Shown piece by piece: positions 18,104-27,907 of a DNA stretch of 43,115 bases. Origin of the DNA: an uncultured Rikenellaceae bacterium (lineage in GTDB: Bacteria > Bacteroidota > Bacteroidia > Bacteroidales > VadinHA17). Under the pieces are notes generated by a model. It searched no databases. It was not told the DNA's origin and was given only the letters and a program-made list of their open reading frames with translations. The translations under genes were made by a program, and so were the position numbers. The stretch is taken from NCBI GenBank assembly GCA_964607105.1, contig CAZSJH010000002.1:1-43115 (forward strand), given 5' to 3'. Numbering within the stretch: the stretch's first letter is position 1; every line of letters begins with the position of its first letter.

Positions 18104-18188
18104 AAAACCAGATACTTTGTCACCTAATATACAACAAGTAGAATATTTGACACATCTTCATATTCAGTAACTACTAAATAATTATAGT

Positions 18189-19253
18189 GTGAAAATAGTC
18201 CTTATCTTACCATCGTTATCTTCAGGGGGATTGGAGAAAGTAATAACCGAACTGGCCTGGTACTTCTCCCGGCAAAAAAGCACTCAGGTTTACCTTATCA
18301 GCCTATCAAAAGGTGAATTCTTCTACAATCTGCCTACGGAGATTGAGACATTTATGCCTCCTTTCAGTTTAAAAGAAATGTCGAGGCCCTTATTCCTTAT
18401 TAGACTTATGGCCTGGTTAAGAAAGCAGGTTAAAAAAATTAGATCGGATGCCCTTCTTAGCTTTGGTGGTAAATTTAATGCCTTTGTGCTCCTGTCGCTT
18501 TTCAGATTGCCGGTACGGGTATATATCTCTGACCGAAGCAGGCCTTCGATAAGCTACGGCAAATTTCTTGACTGGTTGAATCCAAAAGTATATAAGAGAG
18601 CTACTGGAATAATTGCTCAAACCGAAAAAGCTAAAGAAATTCTTTATAAGCGTACCGGTCATCCTAACATTTCAGTAATCGGTAATCCCTTGAGAATAAG
18701 TTATACTAATATAGAAAAACGCAAAAAGATTATTCTTAATGTCGGGCGTTTTATATTCTCAAAAAAACAGGATTTGCTTATAAGTTATTTTGCTCAGATA
18801 AACCCTGAAGGATGGAAACTTTGCTTCATTGGTGATGGTATCAATCTGAACAGGGTAAAAGAGCTTACTTCAGAACTTGGAGTTGAAGACAGGGTAATCT
18901 TCTATGGAGAAGTAAATAACGTAGAAGAGTATTATAAAGAAAGCTGTGTCTTTGCTTTTACCTCTGTTTCAGAAGGTTTTCCCAATGCTCTTGGAGAAGC
19001 TATGGCTGCCGGATTAGCCTGCATAAGCTTCGATTGTGAAGCAGGCCCTTCTGATCTTATAAATGATGGAGTGAATGGTTTCCTCATACCTGAATGTGAT
19101 CATGAAGCATACATACAGAAACTTCGATTGCTGATAAATGATAAGTCATTACGAGAAAAATTGGGTGCAAGAGCAAAAGAAAGAATCTCAGAGTACAGCT
19201 TTGAGCGGATTGGAAAGCAATACCTGGACTTTTTTGAGGAGGTTAAGCCATGA
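18189..19253 (+). CDS. GT4-family glycosyltransferase
   Basis: MKIVLILPSLSSGGLEKV N-terminus and the C-terminal EGFPNALGEAMAAGLACISFDCEAGPSDLINDGVNGFLI (E-x7-E region). GTG start. Confidence 0.8.
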   Translation: MKIVLILPSLSSGGLEKVITELAWYFSRQKSTQVYLISLSKGEFFYNLPTEIETFMPPFSLKEMSRPLFLIRLMAWLRKQVKKIRSDALLSFGGKFNAFVLLSLFRLPVRVYISDRSRPSISYGKFLDWLNPKVYKRATGIIAQTEKAKEILYKRTGHPNISVIGNPLRISYTNIEKRKKIILNVGRFIFSKKQDLLISYFAQINPEGWKLCFIGDGINLNRVKELTSELGVEDRVIFYGEVNNVEEYYKESCVFAFTSVSEGFPNALGEAMAAGLACISFDCEAGPSDLINDGVNGFLIPECDHEAYIQKLRLLINDKSLREKLGARAKERISEYSFERIGKQYLDFFEEVKP

Positions 19254-20395
19254 GAATACTGGTTAATACATCTAAACTACGTTTTGGAGGCGCAATACAG
19301 GTAGCACTCTCCTTTATCTATGAATGTAGAAATTATAGTGAACATGAATATCATGTTTTGGTAGGACAGGGTGTGGCTAAATCATTGCAGAAAGATGAAT
19401 TCCCCTCAAACTTCCATTTCTATGATTTTAACTTTGGTATAGTAAAACTATTTAAGATTCCTCGAATTGCTTCAGAATTATCACATTATGAGAGAATTAT
19501 ACAACCGGATTGTGTTGTAACCACTAGCGGGCCTTCATACTGGCATGCAAAGGCCCCGCATTTATTGGGATATAATCTGGGCATGTACATCTATTATGAT
19601 TCTCCCTTTTTCAAGACTATATCTCTTTACAGGAAACTTAGATATGATATAAAAAGAAAGCTGCACTTCTGGTTCTTTAAACGTGACGCTACAGCATATA
19701 TGGTTCAAACTGATGATGTTAACAAGAGAGTAAGAAAGGCACTTAAAACTGAAAATGTTTTCACTATTTCAAATACTTACAACAATTTTTTTACAGACCC
19801 GGTAAAATATGATATAAACCTGCCTGCAAAAATGAGTGATGAAATCTGGTTTCTCACCCTTACATCTTATTACCCGCATAAAAATTTAGATATAATACCC
19901 TCAGTAATAGAAGAACTCAATAAAAGGGGATTTCCAGATGTCAGGTTTCTGCTGACTCTGCCTGAAACAGTATTCGCCAGGTTATTTAAGAACATGGATA
20001 CCAGTAATATAATAAATGTTGGTACTGTCAGGCCTGAAGAGTGTCCAACACTGTACAATAAATGTGATTACATGTTCATGCCCTCTCTTGCAGAATGTTT
20101 TTCAGCTTCTTATCCCGAAGCAATGGTAATGAAGAAACCAATAATTACTACGGATCTTTCATTTGCCAGAAGTATTTGTGATAATGCAGCTGTATATTAT
20201 AAACCTATGGATGGTAAATCAGCAGCGGAAAAAATTGAGGAGTTGATTAATGATAAAAATCTTCAGAAGGAATTGATTAGTAACGGACTGGAGCGGCTTA
20301 AGAAATTTAATACTGCAGAAGAAAGAGCAGGTAAAATTCTTGAGATCTGTGAAAAACTGAAAAGGAACCAGCTACCCCACACAAAATATAAATGA
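19250..20395 (+). CDS. GT-B fold glycosyltransferase (GT4/GT1-like)
   Basis: MRILVNTSKLRFGGAIQV N-terminus, plus PSLAECFSASYPEAMVMKKPIITTDLSFARSICDNAAVYY. ATGA overlap with the upstream gene. Confidence 0.7.
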   Translation: MRILVNTSKLRFGGAIQVALSFIYECRNYSEHEYHVLVGQGVAKSLQKDEFPSNFHFYDFNFGIVKLFKIPRIASELSHYERIIQPDCVVTTSGPSYWHAKAPHLLGYNLGMYIYYDSPFFKTISLYRKLRYDIKRKLHFWFFKRDATAYMVQTDDVNKRVRKALKTENVFTISNTYNNFFTDPVKYDINLPAKMSDEIWFLTLTSYYPHKNLDIIPSVIEELNKRGFPDVRFLLTLPETVFARLFKNMDTSNIINVGTVRPEECPTLYNKCDYMFMPSLAECFSASYPEAMVMKKPIITTDLSFARSICDNAAVYYKPMDGKSAAEKIEELINDKNLQKELISNGLERLKKFNTAEERAGKILEICEKLKRNQLPHTKYK

Positions 20396-20484
20396 CTAAT
20401 CTTCAGAATTATTTTCGTACTGATAATCGGTAGGATAACTATTCATCTTTTTAAATAAAATATTTTTAACAGTAATAGATATTT

Positions 20485-22632
20485 ATGAAGCAAATAATTC
20501 AAAATCTTAAAACAGGAGAGACCTGTCTTGAAGAAATCCCGGTACCTGTGCCCGGTACAGGAGAAATATTGATACGAACAACTCATTCACTGGTTTCTCT
20601 GGGAACAGAAAAAATGCTGGTAGAATTCAGCAAGGCCAACCTGATTCAAAAAGCCAGACAACAGCCCGATAAAGTGAAACAGGTTCTGGATAAAATAAAA
20701 TCGGACGGCTTACTTCCCACAGTGGAAACAGTATTTAAAAGACTCGAGGAGCCTCTTCCGCTGGGATATTGCAATGCCGGTGTTGTTGTGGAAACAGGAA
20801 AGGGAGTAACAGGTTTTTCAGTAGGGGACAGGGTAGCTTCAAACGGGAAGCACGCTGAATACGTATGCGTACCACAGAATCTTGTCGCTAAAATACCTGA
20901 CGGGGTAAGCGATGAAGAAGCTGCATTTACAGTTATCGGTTCTATCAGCCTGCAAGGAATACGTTTATGCAAGCCGGAATTTGGTGAAACCATAGTAGTT
21001 ATAGGACTGGGCTTGCTGGGGCTCCTTGCTGTCCAGATGCTTTTAGCTAATGGCTGCCGGGTAATCGGAATAGATATTGATAAGCATAAATGCAACATAG
21101 CCCGTGAATGGGGTGCAATCACTTTTAATTCTGCAGCAGGTGATGATCCTGTGAAAGCAGTGTTGGAAGTTACCGAAGGAACAGGGGCTGATGGAGTAAT
21201 AATTACGGCTTCAGCCAGAACACATGATATAATTTCACAGGCAGCCCAGATCAGTAGAAAGCGCGGGCGCATAATACTGGTAGGAGTAATAGGACTTAAT
21301 ATAAACAGGGCAGAATTTTATGAAAAAGAACTGACTTTCCAGGTATCCTGTTCATATGGGCCGGGACGTTATGATGACAATTATGAGCAAAAAGGTATTG
21401 ACTATCCCCTTCCATTTGTACGATGGACCGAGAAACGAAATTTTGAAGCAATACTGCAGGCTATAGCTGAAAGCCATCTGAAGGTTGGAGAACTTATTAC
21501 TGAAAAAGTTAAACTGGCTGACTATAATAGTATTTACGGGGACATGGGGCAATCGGGTTCTATTGCTTCAATTATTGAATATCCCGGGAATAGTGAAGTC
21601 AAAGATAAGAATGGCAATACAGTAGTATTAAGGAATCAGTCATTCAATGGAGATAAAGCCGTAACAGGATTCATAGGAGCAGGGAATTTCACTAAAATGA
21701 CTATGCTCCCTGCATTGAAAGGTACGGGGGCTGAATTTAAATATATAGCATCATCCGGGGGTGTTTCAGGAACAACACTTGCCAGGAAGTTCGGATTCAG
21801 CTACAGCACTACCGATTATAAAGAGATTCTCAATGACAGGGAAGTTGATACAGTTTTTATCACTACACGTCATAACTCGCATGCAAAATTTGTAATTGAG
21901 TCACTTAGAGCCGGGAAAAATGTCTTTGTTGAAAAGCCCCTGGCAATAAATAATGAACAACTGGAAGAAATAATAAAGGTTTATAATGAATCTCTGGACA
22001 GTGACAATCCTTCCACTTTGAGCGTTGGGTTTAACAGGCGATTCTCTCCGCATACACAGGCTATAAAAAAGACACTGGGAGACAATCCAGGGGCAATTAA
22101 TATTGTTGCCACTATGAATGCGGGCTTTATTCCTTTAAAAGTTTGGGTCCATGATATGCAGGTGGGTGGTGGCCGTATTATTGGTGAAGCCTGTCATTAT
22201 ATGGATCTATGCACTTATCTGGCAGGTTCAGAGATTATATCCGTTTGCATGAACTCAATGGGTGTTGATACACAGGATAATACTGATAATGCAAGCATCC
22301 TCCTCAAATTTAAAAATGGGAGTAATGCAGCAATAAATTATTTTGCCAACGGGGCGAAGTCATACAGTAAAGAAAGGGTTGAAGTTTTTTCACAGGAGCG
22401 GGTGATGATATTAGACAACTTCCGTACCACGAAAGCTTATGGCGTAAAAGGATTTAAAAATCTTAAAACAAGAATAGATAAGGGGCACAGAGCCCAGTTC
22501 AGTGAGTATATACGAAGAATCAAGGAAGGTGGTGAACCTCTCATTAATTTCGGTGAGATAGTTAACGTAACAAAAGCTTCTTTTGCTTCTGTTAGAAGCC
22601 TTAAGGAAAAGCGCTGGATAGATGTTGATTAA
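20485..22632 (+). CDS. Bi-domain oxidoreductase: N-terminal MDR/zinc-alcohol-dehydrogenase-like domain fused to a C-terminal Gfo/Idh/MocA NAD-binding oxidoreductase domain
   Basis: The MDR-type region has GYCNAGVVVETGKGVTGFSVGDRV and the Rossmann motif VVIGLGLLGLLAVQ. The second Rossmann motif GFIGAGNFTKMTMLPAL, then VFITTRHNSHAKFVIESLRAGKNVFVEKPLA, is typical of Gfo/Idh/MocA. Confidence 0.8.
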   Translation: MKQIIQNLKTGETCLEEIPVPVPGTGEILIRTTHSLVSLGTEKMLVEFSKANLIQKARQQPDKVKQVLDKIKSDGLLPTVETVFKRLEEPLPLGYCNAGVVVETGKGVTGFSVGDRVASNGKHAEYVCVPQNLVAKIPDGVSDEEAAFTVIGSISLQGIRLCKPEFGETIVVIGLGLLGLLAVQMLLANGCRVIGIDIDKHKCNIAREWGAITFNSAAGDDPVKAVLEVTEGTGADGVIITASARTHDIISQAAQISRKRGRIILVGVIGLNINRAEFYEKELTFQVSCSYGPGRYDDNYEQKGIDYPLPFVRWTEKRNFEAILQAIAESHLKVGELITEKVKLADYNSIYGDMGQSGSIASIIEYPGNSEVKDKNGNTVVLRNQSFNGDKAVTGFIGAGNFTKMTMLPALKGTGAEFKYIASSGGVSGTTLARKFGFSYSTTDYKEILNDREVDTVFITTRHNSHAKFVIESLRAGKNVFVEKPLAINNEQLEEIIKVYNESLDSDNPSTLSVGFNRRFSPHTQAIKKTLGDNPGAINIVATMNAGFIPLKVWVHDMQVGGGRIIGEACHYMDLCTYLAGSEIISVCMNSMGVDTQDNTDNASILLKFKNGSNAAINYFANGAKSYSKERVEVFSQERVMILDNFRTTKAYGVKGFKNLKTRIDKGHRAQFSEYIRRIKEGGEPLINFGEIVNVTKASFASVRSLKEKRWIDVD

Positions 22633-22638
22633 TTTTGG

Positions 22639-24540
22639 GTGAGTCTTTTTTTTATGATCTTATCTAGGATCAAAAAAATATTCTGGTATATTGAACTGAT
22701 TCCAAAACTGGGAATCCGGAATGTATTTTATGTTTTATATTACAGAGTGCTTCTTAGATCTGGGATTCTTAAAAAGAAATACCCGTTCATTAAGCCTGAT
22801 GAAGACGGTGTTCTATATCAAAAGTGTCCTTCAATAAGAAATGACTATCCTGATGAATGGAAACAGAACCTCATTAGTCAGGCAGATAGTATAGTAAAAG
22901 GAGTAATTCCTTATTACTCATACTATTGGATAAAACAATCAGTACCCCCTAATTGGTTTCTTAATCCCTTCAACGGAAAAGAATGCATGGAGGTTGATAA
23001 ACACTGGACGAGGATAGCAGATTTCAATGATGCTATCGGAGATATAAAGAACATATGGGAAGCTTCCAGGTTTTCCTGGGTTGGTATCCTGGCGAGGGCA
23101 TATGCAGTAAGTGGGGATAGGAAATACCAAAATACATTGAATGAATGGTTAAATGACTGGTTGAAATCTAATCCTGTTAATCAAGGCCCCAATTGGAAAT
23201 GTGGACAGGAAGCATCTATAAGGGTCTTAAACCTGCTCAATGCAGCATATATTCTCAGACAGCATGACAGGCCTTCAAAATTACTTATTGATACGATCAT
23301 TCAGCATTTAGAAAGGATATCTTCAAATATCAGGTATGCTATATCTCAGCGTAATAATCATGCTACAAGTGAGGCAGCTGCCCTGTTCATTGGAGGTAGC
23401 TGGCTCGCGGCTATTGATAGCGCCAGTGAAAAAGAATATAAGATTTACGCTGATAAAGGGAGACAGGTACTTGAACGTTTGCTAAGAAGTCTTGTTTACG
23501 AAGATGGCAGCTTTGCTCAACATTCAGTAAATTATCATCGTTTATTCCTTGACACATTGACTTTTATTACCTTCTGGATATTTGTGCTTGACCTGAAGCC
23601 TCTGTCTAAAGGATTTAATGAGAATGCTAAAAAATCAGCTGCCTGGCTGTTATCTATTGTTGATGAATCAGGCATGTGTCCAAACCTTGGCTCAAATGAC
23701 GGCACCATGTTGCTTGGCAATCATTCCTGCGATTACCTTGATTACAGGCCTTCAATGCAGGCTGCTGCCGTTATGATAAATAAAAAGCTGGCTTTCGATT
23801 CAGGGCCATGGGATGAAACACTCTACTGGTTTGATATTAAAAAAGGTAATTACCCTTTTTCACCTGTTTTGAAAAAGTCAATCATTCATTCATCAGGTTA
23901 TGTGGTGATGAGTGATGAAGATTCATGGGCTCTACTTCGTTTTCCGTATTACAAATTTCGTCCATCACATAATGATATATTCCATTTTGATCTCTGGGCA
24001 AATGGAAGGAACCTTCTGTTTGATTCGGGTAGTTTTTCCTATAATCCTGAAAAAGACAGTCATGTGCCCGATTTAAAATCGGTTCACTCCCATAACACAC
24101 TTTCATTTGATAAATGTGAACAAATGCCACGCCTGGGACGGTTCCTGCTGGGTAAATGGCTTAAATATGAAGAAAGAGGAGATATTGAAAGAATGAATAA
24201 CGAGGGTAGTTTTTGGGAAGGCTCTTACAGGGTGACCTCAGGTAATGTTCACATTAGAAAAGTAAGCTGGCATGAAAATAATTGGGTTATTCATGATAGG
24301 TTTACAGGAAAGTCAGAGAAGGTTGAATTAGGGTTTAATTTCGACGATGATAATTATTCATTGGAGAATAATATATTACTCTTATCCTGGGGTAAGCTAA
24401 CAATTTCAGATAATGCCAGCGTAGAAATTATAAGACACTGGATTTCCAATTATTATATGCAATCAAGACAGGTCTATCGCCTGGTTGTTAATACTGAAAA
24501 CAATTCTGAGATCGTGACTTCAATAAATATCTTCAAATGA
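22639..24540 (+). CDS. Heparinase II/III-like / alginate-lyase-fold protein
   Basis: AISQRNNHATSEAAALFIGG (NNH motif of the alpha/alpha toroid lyase domain) and PSHNDIFHFDLWANGRNLLFDSGSFSY (heparinase II/III C-domain pattern). The alternative ATG start at 22654 follows a T8 run. Confidence 0.7.
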   Translation: MSLFFMILSRIKKIFWYIELIPKLGIRNVFYVLYYRVLLRSGILKKKYPFIKPDEDGVLYQKCPSIRNDYPDEWKQNLISQADSIVKGVIPYYSYYWIKQSVPPNWFLNPFNGKECMEVDKHWTRIADFNDAIGDIKNIWEASRFSWVGILARAYAVSGDRKYQNTLNEWLNDWLKSNPVNQGPNWKCGQEASIRVLNLLNAAYILRQHDRPSKLLIDTIIQHLERISSNIRYAISQRNNHATSEAAALFIGGSWLAAIDSASEKEYKIYADKGRQVLERLLRSLVYEDGSFAQHSVNYHRLFLDTLTFITFWIFVLDLKPLSKGFNENAKKSAAWLLSIVDESGMCPNLGSNDGTMLLGNHSCDYLDYRPSMQAAAVMINKKLAFDSGPWDETLYWFDIKKGNYPFSPVLKKSIIHSSGYVVMSDEDSWALLRFPYYKFRPSHNDIFHFDLWANGRNLLFDSGSFSYNPEKDSHVPDLKSVHSHNTLSFDKCEQMPRLGRFLLGKWLKYEERGDIERMNNEGSFWEGSYRVTSGNVHIRKVSWHENNWVIHDRFTGKSEKVELGFNFDDDNYSLENNILLLSWGKLTISDNASVEIIRHWISNYYMQSRQVYRLVVNTENNSEIVTSINIFK

Positions 24541-25772
24541 GAGTCCTGTATTTCCACCAGTATTTCTGTACTCCTGAAGGTAATTCAGGCATCAGGTCGT
24601 ACGAAATGGCCCGACACCTGGTGGAAAATGGCAATAATGTGACGATGGTTTTTGCAGAATCACCAAGATTGAAATCACCACTCAGCGGTAAAACATATAA
24701 GAAAGGTGTCAGAAAGGGAATTTACCAGGGAATTGATCTTATTGAGTTTGACCTGCATTACAGTAATAAGATGAGTATTTTCAGAAGGTCACTTGTGTTT
24801 CTGAGATTTTCTTTAAGGAGTATACGCCTCGTCTTCAAAGAAGATTTTGATATTCTTTTTGCCACTTCAACTCCTATCACTGCAGGAATACCCGGTATTG
24901 TAATGAAGGTGTTCGGAAAAAGAAAACCTTTCGTGTTTGAAGTAAGGGATCTCTGGCCAAAGCTACCACGCGAGATGGGAGTGATAAAAAACAAAGTAAC
25001 ACTCTGGGCTATGGGCTTGCTGGAATATCATTCTTATAATAAGGCAGATGCATGTGTGGCTTTGTCTCCGGGTATTGAAGAGGGTATAAAAAGGCGCTTA
25101 AAAAAGGATATACCTGTCTACCTTATTCCAAATGGCTGTGACCTTGACTTATTTAAGCCAGGGACTCATTCGAAGACAATTTTTCCCGGTTGCCAGGAGG
25201 ATAATCTAGTTGCTGTTTTCATAGGAGCCCATGGGATGGCAAATGGTTTAGACGCTGCACTGGATGCCGCAGCTGAGCTGAAGAAGAATAAATCGGGCAA
25301 AAATATAAAGATTGCTCTAATAGGTGACGGGAAATTAAAACCCCAACTAAAGCAAAGGGTAGATAAAGAAGGACTTGATAATGTTATACTGATGGACCCT
25401 GTACCTAAAAGACAATTATCAAAACATCTGTGGGCCGCAGATGTAGGCTTAATGTTACTGGCCAATGTACCAGCATTCTATTACGGAACCTCACCAAATA
25501 AATTCTTTGACTATATATCTTCCGGATTACCGGTATTAAATAATTATCCGGGCTGGCTTGCAGGAATGATAAAACAAAATAACCTGGGAGTTGTTGTTGA
25601 ACCTGATAACGCAAGGGAATTTTCGGATGCCCTCATCTATATGAATTTGAAGAAAGATAAGTTAATAATAATGAGCATTAATGCCAGGAAATTTGCTGAA
25701 CAATATTTTGACAGGAAAAAACTTGCATTGTTATTTGAAGAAGCTCTGAAAAATACTTATCAAAGGGATTAA
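24537..25772 (+). CDS. GT4-family glycosyltransferase, WbuB-like
   Basis: MRVLYFHQYFCTPEGNSGIRSYEMARHLVENGNNVTMV is the characteristic WbuB-type N-terminus. C-terminal KFFDYISSGLPVLNN is also present. ATGA overlap with the upstream gene. Confidence 0.8.
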   Translation: MRVLYFHQYFCTPEGNSGIRSYEMARHLVENGNNVTMVFAESPRLKSPLSGKTYKKGVRKGIYQGIDLIEFDLHYSNKMSIFRRSLVFLRFSLRSIRLVFKEDFDILFATSTPITAGIPGIVMKVFGKRKPFVFEVRDLWPKLPREMGVIKNKVTLWAMGLLEYHSYNKADACVALSPGIEEGIKRRLKKDIPVYLIPNGCDLDLFKPGTHSKTIFPGCQEDNLVAVFIGAHGMANGLDAALDAAAELKKNKSGKNIKIALIGDGKLKPQLKQRVDKEGLDNVILMDPVPKRQLSKHLWAADVGLMLLANVPAFYYGTSPNKFFDYISSGLPVLNNYPGWLAGMIKQNNLGVVVEPDNAREFSDALIYMNLKKDKLIIMSINARKFAEQYFDRKKLALLFEEALKNTYQRD

Positions 25773-25784
25773 TTAGAATCAATT

Positions 25785-26906
25785 ATGATCAATCAAATAA
25801 AACAGAATTTAAAAAATATCATTGGCTGGAAGACCCGGCGGAAAATAGTTATACTTTCTATTGATGACTATGGAAATGTAAGGACTGCCTCAAGAGAAGC
25901 CCTTCAAAACCTCAGGAAAGCCGGATTGAAACTGGGAAGGTTTGACGAGATTGATACACTTGAAACGAAACAGGATCTTGAGGGAATGCTGGAAACTCTG
26001 TCATCGGTAAAAGATATGAATGGGAATAATGCCGTTTTAACCCCTTTTGCAGTTCCTTGTAATATAGATTTTGAGAAAATGGCCGAGGATAATTTCAGCA
26101 ATTACCATTATGAGATGCTACCTCTTACTTTCAGTAAACTTGCCTTAAAAGACCCTGCGGCCTATGAGGGAGCATGGGATTTATGGGAAGAAGGGATTGC
26201 GAACAGGTTATTGGTACCACAATTTCACGGCAGGGAACATTTTAATCTAAAGGTTTTCGAGGAAAAATTGGAGAATAAAAATCCTGAATTGCTTGCCTCA
26301 TTGAAGAACTTTTCAAATCCGGGCCTTAATAACTTGGGCTCTAAGACAGTACAGTATACTGCAGCCTTCGAATTCTGGGATTTTAAAGAAAATCAGCGAT
26401 TCGAAGATATTATCGAGGATGGCTTGAATGCTTTTGAAAAAGTCTTCGGATACCGATCTGTACATTTTAATGCACCTTGCGGAAGTCAGCATCATATAAT
26501 TCATGAGGTCCTTAGAAAAAATGGAATAAAATATATAGATAATCCATTAATAAAGAAAGAACACCAGGGCTTTGGTGAATATAAGACTATTTTCAATTAT
26601 ACAGGGAAAAAGGATTCTACAGGGTTAATATATCAGGTCAGGAATATAGTATTCGAACCAACCCTTTATGGAGGCACTAACTGGGTTAATTACGCGATGC
26701 AACAAATTGCCTCGGCTTTTCGCTGGAACAAGCCTGCTATAATAAGCTCGCACCGTGCAAATTTTTGTGGACACATGGAACCGGAAAACAGGAAACAGGG
26801 ACTTGCCTACCTGAAAGAACTGTTACACAGAATAAGAGAAAAATGGCCAGAGGTAGAATTTATGTCTGCTGATCAATTGGGAGATCTTATAGCTACTGAA
26901 AAATGA
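25785..26906 (+). CDS. Divergent CE4/NodB-like (deacetylase-fold) protein, paralog B
   Basis: VILSIDDYGN, PQFHGREHFN and ISSHRANFCG. It is colinear with 12666..13811. Confidence 0.4.
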   Translation: MINQIKQNLKNIIGWKTRRKIVILSIDDYGNVRTASREALQNLRKAGLKLGRFDEIDTLETKQDLEGMLETLSSVKDMNGNNAVLTPFAVPCNIDFEKMAEDNFSNYHYEMLPLTFSKLALKDPAAYEGAWDLWEEGIANRLLVPQFHGREHFNLKVFEEKLENKNPELLASLKNFSNPGLNNLGSKTVQYTAAFEFWDFKENQRFEDIIEDGLNAFEKVFGYRSVHFNAPCGSQHHIIHEVLRKNGIKYIDNPLIKKEHQGFGEYKTIFNYTGKKDSTGLIYQVRNIVFEPTLYGGTNWVNYAMQQIASAFRWNKPAIISSHRANFCGHMEPENRKQGLAYLKELLHRIREKWPEVEFMSADQLGDLIATEK

Positions 26907-27907
26907 GTTTAAAAAAGTTAGTATACCTCGGCTACTACCTGAAAAACATTGATGCAAAGAAGCTATCAAGTTTTCTCAAATATGCTAAAATGCGAACTGG
27001 TAAATCCAGGCTCACCCTGTTTTTAAGTGCAATTAAAAGTGTTTTTGTGTATAATATTTCAATCCTTGAGTACTTTCAATTCCGGTTTTTTGAGATAAAG
27101 AGGGAAGAACATTTTAATTGGGCCGGTACCGGGTTCATGTTTGAGTACCAGAAGAAAATGAATCCTTTACGAGTTAGAAGTGTGCTGGAGAATAAGATTT
27201 TATTCAATAAACATTTTAATGCTTATTTCGGCAGGGGGTTTGCTACCATTGAGGACATTAAAAGGAAGCCGGAAATTGCAGAAAAACTGATTAAAAATCC
27301 TTCAGGGAAAGTGGTCCTTAAGAATTCTCTTGGCCAGGCCGGGAAAGAGATAAAAGTACTTGACAATACAGGTATGACACCTTCTCAACTAATTAATATA
27401 ATGAGATCAGGTAAATTTGATCTTGTTGAAGAATATATTGTTCAACACCCTGAGATGATGAAATTATCATCAGCCGGCTTAAATACAATCAGAATAGTAA
27501 CGCAGGAAGTTAATGGAAATATTGAGATAGTTGCTGCAAGACTGAGGATTACCATAAATTCTGTTGTAGACAATCTTGCAGCAGGCAATGCTGCAGCACC
27601 TGTTGATCTTGAATCAGGAAAAATAAGCGGTTCTGCTGTATTCAGTGACATAACCAAACCTGATATTAGTGTTCATCCCGTGTCAGGTGCAGAGATACCT
27701 GGTTTTCAGATCCCTCTCTGGTCTGAAATAATCGAGATGATAGAAAAAGCTGCATTAATGGTTCCTGAAAACAGGTCTGTAGGCTGGGATATAGCTGTAA
27801 CTCAAGAAGGTCCTTTACTGGTGGAAGGAAACCACAACTGGTGTAAGTTATTGTGGCAACTGCCTGTCAAACAGGGGTTGAAGGGACAATTACTAAAATA
27901 CCTCTGA
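26903..27907 (+). CDS. ATP-grasp amidoligase (ATPgrasp_ST-like), third copy
   Basis: GKVVLKNSLGQAGKEIKVL, LNTIRIVTQEVNGNIEIVAARLRITINSVVDNLAAGNAAAPVDLESGKISG, and GWDIAVTQEGPLLVEGNHNW. ATGA overlap with the upstream gene. Confidence 0.65.
   Translation: MSLKKLVYLGYYLKNIDAKKLSSFLKYAKMRTGKSRLTLFLSAIKSVFVYNISILEYFQFRFFEIKREEHFNWAGTGFMFEYQKKMNPLRVRSVLENKILFNKHFNAYFGRGFATIEDIKRKPEIAEKLIKNPSGKVVLKNSLGQAGKEIKVLDNTGMTPSQLINIMRSGKFDLVEEYIVQHPEMMKLSSAGLNTIRIVTQEVNGNIEIVAARLRITINSVVDNLAAGNAAAPVDLESGKISGSAVFSDITKPDISVHPVSGAEIPGFQIPLWSEIIEMIEKAALMVPENRSVGWDIAVTQEGPLLVEGNHNWCKLLWQLPVKQGLKGQLLKYL

Noticed and set aside
20646-21272. 208-aa minus-strand ORF, the longest unexplained ORF in the track
   Set aside because: It lies entirely antisense to the well-supported MDR domain of the bi-domain oxidoreductase. 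Its product is low-complexity (Ser/Pro/Ala/Thr-rich) with no motifs. It is a typical shadow ORF of a locally GC-rich coding segment.
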